A DNA stretch of 41,010 nucleotides from Prevotellaceae bacterium (lineage in GTDB: Bacteria > Bacteroidota > Bacteroidia > Bacteroidales > Bacteroidaceae). Position 1 is the first letter of the stretch; every line of letters begins with the position of its first letter. The notes beneath the pieces are model-generated. The model searched no databases, was not told the origin of the DNA, and saw nothing but the letters and a program-made list of their open reading frames with translations. Below are positions 29,734 to 39,881 of the stretch, one piece after another. Position numbers and translations under genes: made by a program. The stretch is taken from contig CAJPLH010000001.1 in the NCBI GenBank assembly GCA_905371275.1, positions 1 through 41,010 on the forward strand, in the 5' to 3' direction.

Positions 29734-30524
29734 AACAATACCAAGATTTACTCCACCGCATTCTCAATGAGGGTGTGGTAAAGTCCGATCGCACGGGTAC
29801 GGGCACTAAATCTGTGTTTGGACATCAAATGCGCTTCGACCTTGCTCAAGGTTTTCCTCTACTCACGACTAAAAAACTCCATCTTAAAAGTATTATTTAC
29901 GAGCTTCTTTGGTTTTTGAGAGGAGACACAAACGTGAAATACCTCCAAGACAATGGTGTTCGCATTTGGAACGAATGGGCAGATGAAGCAGGAGAGTTAG
30001 GGCCTGTTTATGGGCATCAATGGCGTTCGTGGCCTGACTACAATGGGGGACATATTGATCAGATACAGCAAGTAATCGATCAAATTCGCAACACCCCAGA
30101 TAGTCGTCGTTTGATTGTTTCTGCGTGGAATGTAGCAGAGGTCAACAATATGGCTCTTCCCCCTTGCCATCTTCTGTTCCAATTTTATGTGGCTGACGGA
30201 AAACTCTCTTTGCAACTCTATCAACGCAGTGCGGACACTTTCTTGGGCGTTCCCTTCAACATTGCTTCTTATGCTTTGCTCACAATGATGGTGGCTCAGG
30301 TGTGCAACCTCCAACCAGGCGAGTTCATTCACACAACGGGAGATACGCATCTCTACCTCAATCATTTGGAACAAGCTCAACTACAACTCACACGTACACC
30401 ACGTGCTCTACCAAAGATGTGCATCAACCCCGAAGTAAAAGACTTATTCTCTTTCAAATTTGAGGATTTCAAACTCGAAGACTACGATCCGTATCCTCAC
30501 ATTCCTGCTACTGTTTCGGTTTAA
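29730..30524 (+). CDS. thyA: Thymidylate synthase
   Basis: 'DRTGTGT', 'ALPPCH', '[18 protein letters not shown]'. Confidence 0.98.
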   Translation: MKQYQDLLHRILNEGVVKSDRTGTGTKSVFGHQMRFDLAQGFPLLTTKKLHLKSIIYELLWFLRGDTNVKYLQDNGVRIWNEWADEAGELGPVYGHQWRSWPDYNGGHIDQIQQVIDQIRNTPDSRRLIVSAWNVAEVNNMALPPCHLLFQFYVADGKLSLQLYQRSADTFLGVPFNIASYALLTMMVAQVCNLQPGEFIHTTGDTHLYLNHLEQAQLQLTRTPRALPKMCINPEVKDLFSFKFEDFKLEDYDPYPHIPATVSV

Positions 30525-30598
30525 GGTCGCTCCAATCTCATATTGCAACGCAATTCTTCTTTAGTTCTTTACAAGCCCCTAGGATTTAGGGCGGACGC

Positions 30599-30696
30599 CT
30601 AATCTCTAACGTCTAATCTCTAACGTCTAACGTCCAATCTCTAACGTCTAACGTCTAATCTCTAACGTCTAACGTCTAATCTCTACCCTCTAATGT
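30599..30696. repeat. Heptamer tandem repeat, 14 units CTAA(TCT/CGT)
   Basis: ctaatct and ctaacgt units read directly; the last unit (ctaATGt) contains the folA start. Confidence 0.95.
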
Positions 30697-31184
30697 CTAT
30701 CTCCCTCATCTGTGCAATTGCTGAAAACGGTGCAATCGGCTACGAGAATAAACTTCTCTTTCATCTCCGTGCCGATTTACAGCGATTTAAGGCGCTCACT
30801 TCTGGTCATACAATTATAATGGGGCGTAACACTTTTGAATCTCTCCCTAAAGGTGCGCTTCCCAATCGTCGCAACATCGTACTTTCGCGTTCTGTGACGG
30901 AAGCATGGGCAAACACAGAAGTCTTCCCTTCGCTAGAAAAAGCCATAGCCAACTGTACAGACGAAGAAGAGATTTTCATCATTGGTGGTGCATCTGTCTA
31001 TGCCAAAGCATTGCCATTAGCTGATTATCTATATTTGACGCACGTGCACTCCACACCAGCACAAGCAGATACCTTTTTCCCATCGTGGAATGCTCAAGAA
31101 TGGTTGCTTCTTCAGGAAGAAACGCACCCTGCAGATGAACAGAACGAGGTGTCGTTTACCTTTGCAGATTATCAAAGACGCTAA
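30693..31184 (+). CDS. folA: Dihydrofolate reductase
   Basis: 'AENGAIG', 'DLQRFKALT', 'IMGRNTFESLP..LPNRRNIVLS', 'IIGGASVY', 'DTFFP'. Confidence 0.97.
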   Translation: MSISLICAIAENGAIGYENKLLFHLRADLQRFKALTSGHTIIMGRNTFESLPKGALPNRRNIVLSRSVTEAWANTEVFPSLEKAIANCTDEEEIFIIGGASVYAKALPLADYLYLTHVHSTPAQADTFFPSWNAQEWLLLQEETHPADEQNEVSFTFADYQRR

Positions 31185-31390
31185 GCCAAACACCGGTTCT
31201 CTTTATTCCCCAAAAGAATTAGGAAAGTAATAGACGACAAGAGGGAACACCAAGTCTATTGAAAGCTTTTACACTCTATTCTTTTCCACTTATGCTGCAT
31301 AAGTTGCACCACAGTTCGCAATTTATCAGCACAAGTGGATTTTTTATGTCCATTTTTCGCTGTAGTTTCCACTACTCTCTCATTTTCTCG

Positions 31391-31398
31391 TAACTTTG
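31391..31398 (+). promoter_or_regulatory. -7 element for cidA/lrgB
   Basis: TAACTTTG 23 nt upstream of the ATG. Confidence 0.55.
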
Positions 31399-31421
31399 TA
31401 GTAGCAAATAATTAGTTCAAT

Positions 31422-31772
31422 ATGGTCAAACAATGTACCATCCTCTTTGGTTGTATGGCTTTAGGGGAATTACTCGTCAAAATCACAGGTGTGAGCCTTC
31501 CTGGTAGCATCGTAGGTATGCTCCTTCTCGCTGCATTTCTCGAAATGGGGTGGATAAAACTTGAATGGGTCAAGCAAATCTCCGACTTCCTCCTCAGTAA
31601 TTTAGGATTTTTCTTCGTGCCGCCTGGCGTAGCGTTGATGCTCAACTTCAATACTATTGCCAAAGACTTTTGGGCAATCGCCATTGCTACTCTCGTTAGT
31701 ACCATTCTTGTTTTGCTATCTACTGGCTGGACACACCAAATCGTTCGCAAATATGCAAAGTTTCGTCGATAA
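31422..31772 (+). CDS. CidA/LrgA-family membrane protein
   Basis: 'LPGSIVGMLLL', 'FFFVPPGVALM'; 4 TM; paired with lrgB. Confidence 0.92.
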   Translation: MVKQCTILFGCMALGELLVKITGVSLPGSIVGMLLLAAFLEMGWIKLEWVKQISDFLLSNLGFFFVPPGVALMLNFNTIAKDFWAIAIATLVSTILVLLSTGWTHQIVRKYAKFRR

Positions 31773-32472
31773 CTTCCGTGAAATCTTGAGTAATCAGTTC
31801 GTACTCATCGCTCTCACATTCATCGTTTTCTTTTGCGCAAAAATTCTTCAGCGCAAAACAGGCTGGGTGCTGCTCAACCCAATTCTCATCACGATTGCAG
31901 CTCTCATCGCTTTTCTTAAAATTACGGGCATTCAATATGACACTTACCAACAAGCGGGTTCACAAATTGACTTCTGGTTGAAACCGGCTATTGTAGCTTT
32001 GGGAGTTCCCCTTTATCAGCAACTTAAGGTAATCCGCAAACAGCTCATTCCCATTCTTTTTTCACAAACAGTGGGATGCATTGTAGGTATCATTTCAGCC
32101 GTGATCACTGCACAACTTTTTGGGGCTTCTAAAGAGGTTGTAATATCACTTGCACCTAAAAGCGTAACCACTCCGATAGCGATGGAAGTATGTCGCACTG
32201 CTGGAGGAATACCGTCGCTTACTGCTGCCATCGTCGTCATAGTAGGACTCTTTGGTGCAGTGTCAGGATTCCGCGTGTTACAAATTGGTCGCGTCAAAAG
32301 CCCCATTGCTCAAGGTCTCAGTATGGGAACGGCATCGCATGCCGTTGGCACATCTCGTGCTATGGAAAATGGTGCAAAATATGGCGCCTTCGCCAGTCTT
32401 GGTCTCATTGCTAATGGTGTGCTCACTGCTATTTTGACCCCTATTGTTCTTCATTTGATGGGAATTATCTAA
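31753..32472 (+). CDS. LrgB/CidB-family membrane protein
   Basis: 'LKPAIVALGVPLY', 'SLAPKSVTTPIA', 'GTASHAVGTSRA'; start placed at ATG 31753. Confidence 0.92.
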   Translation: MQSFVDNFREILSNQFVLIALTFIVFFCAKILQRKTGWVLLNPILITIAALIAFLKITGIQYDTYQQAGSQIDFWLKPAIVALGVPLYQQLKVIRKQLIPILFSQTVGCIVGIISAVITAQLFGASKEVVISLAPKSVTTPIAMEVCRTAGGIPSLTAAIVVIVGLFGAVSGFRVLQIGRVKSPIAQGLSMGTASHAVGTSRAMENGAKYGAFASLGLIANGVLTAILTPIVLHLMGII

Positions 32473-32534
32473 CCCCAACTACGAAAGTTATCTTTGCGCC
32501 CTATACCCTAGGGCTCCTCCCTACCACTTCACTG

Positions 32535-32581
32535 CAGCAACAAAGAATGTAGCTTATACGAAAGCAACTTCTTTGTTGCTG
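32535..32581. terminator. 13-bp perfect inverted repeat downstream of lrgB
   Basis: CAGCAACAAAGAA/TTCTTTGTTGCTG; no strong U-tract. Confidence 0.5.
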
Positions 32582-32719
32582 TAAACATATTACTCCGAAC
32601 AAGAAAAAGGTGCTGAAGGAAACGGGCAATACTTTACAAAGAACGCAACTTTCAATTTTGGCAATTCACTCAGCATCAGTCCCATACTACTCATAAGTTT
32701 TGGGAAATCCCAAAGATTG

Positions 32720-32769
32720 TACAAAGAATCGCCCTATGAACAACCTGCGGCTGAACTTAGGGCGAATTC
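32720..32769 (-). terminator. Terminator-like hairpin
   Basis: TCGCCCTA/TAGGGCGA stem with inner CAGCC/GGTTG pairing, followed by UUCUUUGU on -. Confidence 0.55.
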
Positions 32770-33065
32770 TATGACCTAATAGATCAAACGTGTTTTCAAT
32801 AATAAAGTTATTCAGGTCTGTGCTAAAGACGTACTTTTGAAAAGTTTACACCCTCACACAAGGCTGGGATAACCATTATCATCTCATATATAGCATTCCA
32901 CATTTGTTGTTAGAGTCCGTACTTATTTTCGAAATTCTGAAACGATCTTTTGGTTTGTATGACATCCAATACAGAGTAACTATCTCTTAGGATATTGGTC
33001 ATCAACATTATGATGGAACATACAACACCAAACTTACACTTTTCAGAATGTTCGTTTATGTTTAT
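32720..33065 (-). ncRNA. Candidate ~340-nt structured transcript lacking a long ORF
   Basis: Promoter at 33070-33102 (-), nested stems at 32934-33049, terminator-like hairpin at 32726-32769. Confidence 0.5.
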
Positions 33066-33069
33066 GCCA

Positions 33070-33102
33070 CAAAAGTAATACTTTTTTTTGAGGAACAGCA
33101 AC
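33070..33102 (-). promoter_or_regulatory. Orphan Bacteroidetes-type promoter
   Basis: Minus strand GTTG, 21-nt spacer, TACTTTTG. Confidence 0.6.
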
Positions 33103-33204
33103 TATTTCTCTCAAAAAAAACATTTTTCTTTCAATCTCACGCTTTATTGTTATACCTATCTCGCAGAAAAAGCTCTTTTGGAGCGTTTAATTTGAGATAA
33201 TAAG

Positions 33205-33309
33205 GCGAGAACAAATGAGAAACAAGCTGCAACAAGAAAATGAAAGATTACAGTAAGCAACCTTTTCAATTACCTACAACTTTTACAGTCAATGACCGAT
33301 TTGGAGTTA
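33205..33309 (+). repeat. Degenerate half copy of the MITE-like family
   Basis: GAGAAC..AACAAGCTGCAACAAGAAAATGAAAGAT..ATGACCGATTTGGAGTTA is colinear with 39775-39881. Confidence 0.75.
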
Positions 33310-33349
33310 AGGAGGGCTTTCGTCATTTACAGTTGACGATGCCCTCCTT
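33309..33349 (-). terminator. Hairpin after pyrF
   Basis: AAGGAGGGC..TCGTCA/TGACGA..GCCCTCCTT, 12 bp past the pyrF stop. Confidence 0.65.
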
Positions 33350-33361
33350 GTCTTGTATGCC

Positions 33362-34189
33362 CTAGATATTTGCAGCAGCTAAGATACTTGCCATTTGTTG
33401 TTGCACTTCTTTTGCGGCAGCAGCTGCAGATTGTGCAAAGTTTTCTCCTGCATCAGCGTAAATAATAGCGCGACTAGAGTTGACCAATAGTCCACAATCT
33501 TTGTTCATTCCATAGCGGCAAACTTCTTCGAGAGAACCACCTTGGGCACCTACGCCAGGAACAAGCAAAAAATGATTGGGAACAATACGACGAATATCTT
33601 CAAACAACTTTCCTTGAGTGGCACCCACCACATACATCATTTGCTCTTCGGTGCCCCATTGTTGGCTGGTGCGAAGCACTTTCTCAAAAAGACGTTCCCC
33701 TTGCGTGTCGGTCGTTAATTGAAAATCGTGACTACCTTTATTTGAAGTCAAAGCCAACAAGATAACCCATTTTCCTTCGTATTGTAAGAAAGGAGTCACC
33801 GAATCTTCTCCCATGTAGGGTGCCACAGTGAGAGAGTCCACTCCCGTTTCTTCGAAGAAACAACGCGCATACATCGCAGAGGTGTTGCCGATGTCACCAC
33901 GCTTGGCATCTGCAATGATGAATTGGTCGGGATAATTAGTTTTGATATAACCAATAGTCTTTTCAAACGCCTGCCAACCTTGCAAACCAAAGCATTCGTA
34001 GAATGCCAAGTTGGGTTTGTAAGCCACACAAAAAGGAGCAGTTGCATCAATGATGGCTTTGTTGAATGCAAAGATGGGATCTTCTTCTTGCAAAAGATGT
34101 TGTGGGATTTTTTTCAAATCGGTATCAAGACCAACGCAGAGGAAACTCTGCTTACGACGAATGTTGTCAATCAATTCTTGGCGCGTCAT
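33362..34189 (-). CDS. pyrF: Orotidine-5'-phosphate decarboxylase
   Basis: 'LCVGLD', '[10 protein letters not shown]', '[11 protein letters not shown]', '[10 protein letters not shown]', 'VNSSRAI'. Start ATG 34189 lies downstream of a TATCTTTG -7 element (34218-25, -). Confidence 0.97.
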   Translation of the reverse strand: MTRQELIDNIRRKQSFLCVGLDTDLKKIPQHLLQEEDPIFAFNKAIIDATAPFCVAYKPNLAFYECFGLQGWQAFEKTIGYIKTNYPDQFIIADAKRGDIGNTSAMYARCFFEETGVDSLTVAPYMGEDSVTPFLQYEGKWVILLALTSNKGSHDFQLTTDTQGERLFEKVLRTSQQWGTEEQMMYVVGATQGKLFEDIRRIVPNHFLLVPGVGAQGGSLEEVCRYGMNKDCGLLVNSSRAIIYADAGENFAQSAAAAAKEVQQQMASILAAANI

Positions 34190-34428
34190 AGTGAATCGTT
34201 GTATTATGTGTGTGCTGCAAAGATACATAAAATTTACTTTATGGTGTGGTAAGTTACTCAAGAAAATACTGCAAAAACAGCAGCAAACATCATAGATTGT
34301 CACCCACACCAACTCGACTTCTGTAAAAATTTGCGTTTATACATATACGTTCCCCCTTAGCAACGAAGCTAAAAGACTCCTCTTCCAAACATAAAAGGTA
34401 ACTCTTTCTGCCGACCTTGGGTGCTTCG

Positions 34429-34460
34429 TTTGGTCAATCGCACAATAATATGTATATTTG
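34429..34460 (+). promoter_or_regulatory. Promoter of the mutarotase-SSS gene
   Basis: TTTG, 20-nt spacer, TATATTTG; this places the start at ATG 34489. Confidence 0.78.
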
Positions 34461-34488
34461 CAGCAAAACAATTCATTACTTTTCCACC

Positions 34489-37083
34489 ATGAAATTCAAA
34501 ATACTTTGGTTGTGGAGCCTTTTATTCTGCTCGTTGTGCACCTTGACCCTTGCAGCAGAAGGCAATGACAATCGATTTAACAAAGTAAACCTTCAATCCC
34601 TTCCTGCTTTAGAAGTATCTACAAACCAAGGTGTGTCAGGTGCATTTAGTGGGCAAATTTTAGGACAAGCTGTCGTTGCTGGTGGCTGCAACTTTCCCAA
34701 CAAACCTGCGGCTGACGGAGGAACAAAAGTGTTCTATAAAGATGTCTACACCCTTCGAGCTCAAAAGTGGACAAAAATAGGCACACTCCCTCAACCTTTG
34801 GCTTATGGGGTGAGTGTTACAACTCCAGAAGGCATTGTATGTTTGGGAGGTAATGATGGAAAACAAAGTAGTAACTCTGTCTTCTTGCTCAACATCAAAC
34901 AAAAAGACAGCGCTGGTGTAAGCATCACTTCCCTCCCCTCTCTTCCTCTTCCCCTAGACAACTTTGCAGGAGCTGTTGCACCCGACGGAACGATTTACAT
35001 CGCCGGAGGACAAAGCAATGGTGTGGCCTCACAAAGAGCATTTGCTCTTAAAAAAGGTGGGAAACAATGGGAGGAACTTCCTTTGATGCCCGACAACGCG
35101 CGCATACAATCCACAGCTGTAGTGCAAAATGGTGCAAATAGTTCCTTATTCTTAGTATTGGGTGGCTACTCCAACACCACTAACAAAGTTGCTCCCGAAG
35201 GTCTTGTCTATGACATAAAGGCAGGTGCTTGGCATAAGACAGATCCTATCGTGGCAGATGGAAAACCAATTGCCCTTGTAGGCGCAGCAAGTGTGTCTAG
35301 CGGTAGTATGTTTGTTGTTTGTTTTGGCGGAGTAAACAAAGATATCTTTGAAGCAGCCATACAAGGAAAATATGGCAAAGACTATTTGACACACGCTTCT
35401 GACTGGTACAAATTCCGCACCTCTCTTCTCATTTACAACACCATCACGAATACTTGGGTCACCGAAACAAGTTCACCTCTTCTTGCGCGTGCTGGAATGT
35501 CAGTTATTCCAATGGGTAATCAGTGGATGATGGTCAATGGAGAATCAAAACCAGGAGTTAGAGCTAAGGAGGTCACAATGGTCAAAATGGAAACCCACAC
35601 CAATTTTGGGTGGTTGAATTGGACTGTCCTCATTGCCTATCTCTTGATGATGATAGCCCTTGGCTATTACTTTATGAAACGCGAAAGTGGTGCCGAAGAC
35701 TTTTTCAAGGGTGGTGGACGCATACCTTGGTGGGCGGCAGGCATCAGCATCTATGCCACAATGCTTTCTGCCATCACCTACATGGCGTATCCCGCAAAAG
35801 CCTTTGCCACTAATTGGACTTACTATCCAATGCTGGTCACCATTTTGCTCGTATCTTTCCCCGTCATTCGCTACTATCTGCCCTTCTTCCGCAGATTAAA
35901 TGTCACCTCTGCCTACGAATACTTAGAACATCGATTCAACGCGCCTCTTCGTTTGATGGCCTCTGCCTTGTTCATCATTTTTATGGTGGCGCGAATGGCA
36001 CTTGTTTTATACCTTCCCTCGCTAGCTCTAACCGCAGTAACGGGCATCGACATATATATATGTATAGTACTCATGGCGCTCATTACAATTGTTTACTGCA
36101 CTATGGGTGGTGTTGAAGCAGTGGTTTGGGGAGATGTCGTACAAGGCATAATCCTCGTAGGAGGAGCGTTTTTAGCCATTGCTTATTTGGTGTTCTCCAC
36201 AGAGGGCGGTGCAAGCGGTTTTCTCCATATAGCCTCCGAAAATGGAAAGTTTCAACTCTTTGATTGGTCTTTCGACTATCGAAGTGCCACATTCTGGGTG
36301 GTAATCATTGGGGGTATGGCCAACAACTTGATTTCTTACACTTCAGACCAAACCGTAATTCAGCGCTATCTCACCACAAAAGACGAAAAATCGGCCAAAC
36401 ATTCCATTCTTCTAAACGGAGTAATGAGTGTATTTGTCAGCGTTGCTTTTTTTGCCATTGGAGCAGGTCTATACACCTTCTTCAAAACGCACCCAGCTGA
36501 TATTGACTACACTATGGCGAAGAATGACATCATATTCCCCTTCTTTATGATGAGTCAACTCCCAGCCGGACTTGCAGGACTACTCATTGCGGCCATTTTC
36601 GCAGCTACCATGAGCACCATATCTAGCAACATCAATTCTGTGGCCACAGCATTTACCGTAGACTTCTATCAGCGATTCAACAAAAAAGCTTCAGATCGCA
36701 ATATATTGCTGACAGCTCGCTACTCAAGTCTTATATCTGGCGTTTTTGGCATGTTTATTGCACTGCTAATGGCTACATGGGATATCCTTTCCCTACTCGA
36801 CTTCTTCCAAGAAATCCTTGGCTTGCTCTCTTCTGGACTAGGCGGTTTGTTCCTAATGGGAATTTTCTTCCCCAGAATTGGTGCTAAAGCGGCCACCATA
36901 GGTTTCATCGCAGGCATCGTTTCTGTGTTCCTCACCAAAAACTTCACCGACACCTCTTTCTTACTCTATGGAGCTATTGGTATGGTGGTGAGTGTTTGCG
37001 TAGCATGGCTAGCATCTTTTGTTCTTCAAGAAAAGCGTTCAGACGCTCGACTTACTTGGCAAGGGATGTCTCAAGAAAAATAG
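34489..37083 (+). CDS. Fusion of a Kelch-type (NanM-like, cyclically permuted) mutarotase and a sodium:solute symporter (SiaT-like); probable sialic acid uptake
   Basis: Signal peptide; Kelch motifs 'VAGGCNFP', 'PLAYGVSV', 'YIAGG', 'NGESKPGVR'; SSS motifs 'DFFKGGGRIPWWAAGISIYATMLSAIT', 'SAYEYLEHRF', 'GGVEAVVWGDVVQ', 'DQTVIQRYL'. Confidence 0.85.
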   Translation: MKFKILWLWSLLFCSLCTLTLAAEGNDNRFNKVNLQSLPALEVSTNQGVSGAFSGQILGQAVVAGGCNFPNKPAADGGTKVFYKDVYTLRAQKWTKIGTLPQPLAYGVSVTTPEGIVCLGGNDGKQSSNSVFLLNIKQKDSAGVSITSLPSLPLPLDNFAGAVAPDGTIYIAGGQSNGVASQRAFALKKGGKQWEELPLMPDNARIQSTAVVQNGANSSLFLVLGGYSNTTNKVAPEGLVYDIKAGAWHKTDPIVADGKPIALVGAASVSSGSMFVVCFGGVNKDIFEAAIQGKYGKDYLTHASDWYKFRTSLLIYNTITNTWVTETSSPLLARAGMSVIPMGNQWMMVNGESKPGVRAKEVTMVKMETHTNFGWLNWTVLIAYLLMMIALGYYFMKRESGAEDFFKGGGRIPWWAAGISIYATMLSAITYMAYPAKAFATNWTYYPMLVTILLVSFPVIRYYLPFFRRLNVTSAYEYLEHRFNAPLRLMASALFIIFMVARMALVLYLPSLALTAVTGIDIYICIVLMALITIVYCTMGGVEAVVWGDVVQGIILVGGAFLAIAYLVFSTEGGASGFLHIASENGKFQLFDWSFDYRSATFWVVIIGGMANNLISYTSDQTVIQRYLTTKDEKSAKHSILLNGVMSVFVSVAFFAIGAGLYTFFKTHPADIDYTMAKNDIIFPFFMMSQLPAGLAGLLIAAIFAATMSTISSNINSVATAFTVDFYQRFNKKASDRNILLTARYSSLISGVFGMFIALLMATWDILSLLDFFQEILGLLSSGLGGLFLMGIFFPRIGAKAATIGFIAGIVSVFLTKNFTDTSFLLYGAIGMVVSVCVAWLASFVLQEKRSDARLTWQGMSQEK

Positions 37084-37191
37084 CCTTCTGGAGAAGGACA
37101 AGTCAAGCATCTTTTAAAGATAATCCTTTCGATGTCTTCTGTTATCATCCAAGACGTCGTACATTATTCACTATACTAAACTATATCTATT

Positions 37192-37506
37192 ATGGCAAAC
37201 GTAGTAAACTCTCAGAAGTTCAATGAACTTAAGGCTCAAGACACTCTTCTCGTAGCTGATTTCTCTGCTACATGGTGTGGTCCTTGCAAGGCTCTTGCTC
37301 CCATCCTCGACGAAGTAGGTGCAGAATTTGAAGGCAAGGCAAACGTTGTGAAAATTGACGTTGATGAAAGCGACGATCTCGCCATCGAATTCGGCATCCG
37401 TTCTGTTCCCACCGTGCTTTTCTTCAAGAATGGAGAAATCGTGGACAAGTTTGTTGGTGCTGTGCCCAAGGCTCAGATTGTTGAAAAAATCAACAACAAC
37501 CTCTAA
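37192..37506 (+). CDS. trxA: Thioredoxin
   Basis: 'DFSATWCGPCK', 'GIRSVPT'. Confidence 0.97.
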   Translation: MANVVNSQKFNELKAQDTLLVADFSATWCGPCKALAPILDEVGAEFEGKANVVKIDVDESDDLAIEFGIRSVPTVLFFKNGEIVDKFVGAVPKAQIVEKINNNL

Positions 37507-37520
37507 TCCTCATATTATTC

Positions 37521-37568
37521 AATCGCTATGTTTGAAGATACCTCTCTTCATCCATAGCGATTTGCTTT
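37521..37568 (+). terminator. Hairpin after trxA
   Basis: AATCGCTATG/CATAGCGATT followed by TGCTTT. Confidence 0.55.
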
Positions 37569-37628
37569 ATTCGGCGAAGCACTTATAAGACCCCAGTTTT
37601 CCTCATTATCACTCACAACAACAATCCT

Positions 37629-37961
37629 ATGGCTGTCCTCGACAACGAATTATTGGCAGATGCAGAACACGACGCTGCAGTCATTGCCCACACCCAAAGT
37701 CTTCTTTCACAAGAAATGAAAGAAAAATTCAACGAAGAACTACTCTACTATTTCCACGACGTCCTTGAAGACTACCTAGCCGACAGCGATATTCTTGAAG
37801 GTGAACCCGATGAGGAAGGCTATGTCAATATTGATTTAGAAGAAATCGCATCGCACCTTTTACGCCAAGCGAAAAAAGACAAAATGGGAGAATTCACCGC
37901 GGAAGAACTGCTTCTTTTGGCTGAGGCAGAACTCTCCTATGGAGATGATTTCGAAGAATAA
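37629..37961 (+). CDS. Small acidic hypothetical protein
   Basis: ATG in an A-rich context; very acidic, helical-looking 110-aa product. Confidence 0.75.
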   Translation: MAVLDNELLADAEHDAAVIAHTQSLLSQEMKEKFNEELLYYFHDVLEDYLADSDILEGEPDEEGYVNIDLEEIASHLLRQAKKDKMGEFTAEELLLLAEAELSYGDDFEE

Positions 37962-38063
37962 TCCTCTAATCAAATCCTAGGGATGAAGGAGTCATCCTTC
38001 CTTTTTAGAATGGTAAACAAAGAGTTCGCCCCACAGTTAGGGACATAGAAACATACTTGTCAA

Positions 38064-38263
38064 TAACCCCAAATCGGTAATAAGACCGTTATGGTGCAAT
38101 TTCTTATAGAGAATATAACTTCCTGCCATCTTTCATTTTCTTGTTGGCATCTTGTTGCTCGTTCGTTCTCGACGTAAGCCGCTACGCTTTCGAACTCACA
38201 ATCAACCATCTGCTCAACAATCTAATGAAATACGTTCAGGATCTAATAACCGATTTGGGATAA
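38064..38263 (-). mobile_element. ~200-bp MITE-like element, copy A
   Basis: Imperfect TIRs TAACCCCAAATCGGTAATAAG / CTAATAACCGATTTGGGATAA; no ORF; colinear with the reverse complement of 39683-39881. Confidence 0.8.
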
Positions 38264-38279
38264 AAAAAGCCACTAAAAT

Positions 38280-38310
38280 TTTGCTTAAACAAAGGATAGT
38301 CGTAACTTTG
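38280..38310 (+). promoter_or_regulatory. fba promoter
   Basis: TTTG, 19-nt spacer, TAACTTTG. Confidence 0.78.
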
Positions 38311-38362
38311 TGGCAGTAAAGCCCATCAAGTTCCCATGTTTACAAGATTGGGTGGCTTCTAA

Positions 38363-39406
<1,044 letters not shown>

Positions 39407-39441
39407 GCAACATTTTTGTAGACACAATCTACAATACCCTC

Positions 39442-39484
39442 AAGAGGGTGCATCAAAACATTTGTTTTGGTGTACCCTCTTTTC
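39442..39484 (+). terminator. Intrinsic terminator after fba
   Basis: 18-bp stem AAGAGGGTGCATCAAAAC/GTTTTGGTGTACCCTCTT (two G-U pairs) plus a T-run. Confidence 0.85.
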
Positions 39485-39545
39485 TATTGGCGAACTTCTC
39501 CTACAAACTTTCCCCAATCATCGTAGTTCTCCCTTGCCCAATTTC

Positions 39546-39584
39546 AACCCAAATCTGGTCAGGATCTAATAATCGATTTGAGAT
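39546..39584. repeat. 39-bp mini copy of the MITE-like family
   Basis: AACCCAAATCTGGTCAGGATCTAATAATCGATTTGAGAT; 33/39 identical to 11486-11524. Confidence 0.8.
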
Positions 39585-39682
39585 TATTGGACTGACAAAT
39601 CTTATTCTAAGTCATTTTCTCACAATAAATTATAGTTTGGCGCGTATCTTGCAACAAGTCTTCTCAGCGATTCAAGAACACT

Positions 39683-39881
39683 TTATCCCAACTCTGTCAT
39701 TAGATTCTGAACAGATTTTATTGGATTGTTGAGCTGTTTATTTTTCGTTTGCCTTGGGCCTAGCGGGCTACGGTGAGAACGAACAAAATACAAGATGCCA
39801 ACAAGAGAATGAAAGATGACAGGAAGTTATATACTCCATAACGAACTGCACTATAACGGCCTAACGACCAATTTGGGTTGA
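39683..39881 (+). mobile_element. ~200-bp MITE-like element, copy B (inverted relative to copy A)
   Basis: Ends TTATCCCAACTCTGTCATTAG / CTAACGACCAATTTGGGTTGA; shared core ACAAGATGCCAACAAGA-AATGAAAGATG-CAGGAAGTTATAT. Confidence 0.8.

Noticed and set aside
29730..31184. thyA-folA as an acquired trimethoprim-resistance cassette
   Set aside because: Ordinary chromosomal arrangement in a housekeeping run with no integron or IS context.
31422..32472. cidA/lrgB as a phage lysis module
   Set aside because: No phage genes nearby; this pair is a widespread chromosomal membrane/transport module.
32699..32714. Palindrome TTTGGGA-AA-TCCCAAA resembling back-to-back MITE ends
   Set aside because: Only 7-bp arms and lacking the rest of the TIR; could be chance.
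32910..33101. 63-aa ORF as listed in the track
   Set aside because: Its TTG start lies within the predicted promoter, upstream of the TSS; only the shorter ATG version was considered.
34190..34488. Longer starts for pyrF (34312) and the SSS fusion (34417)
   Set aside because: Both extend across their own promoter elements; ATG 34189 and ATG 34489 fit better.
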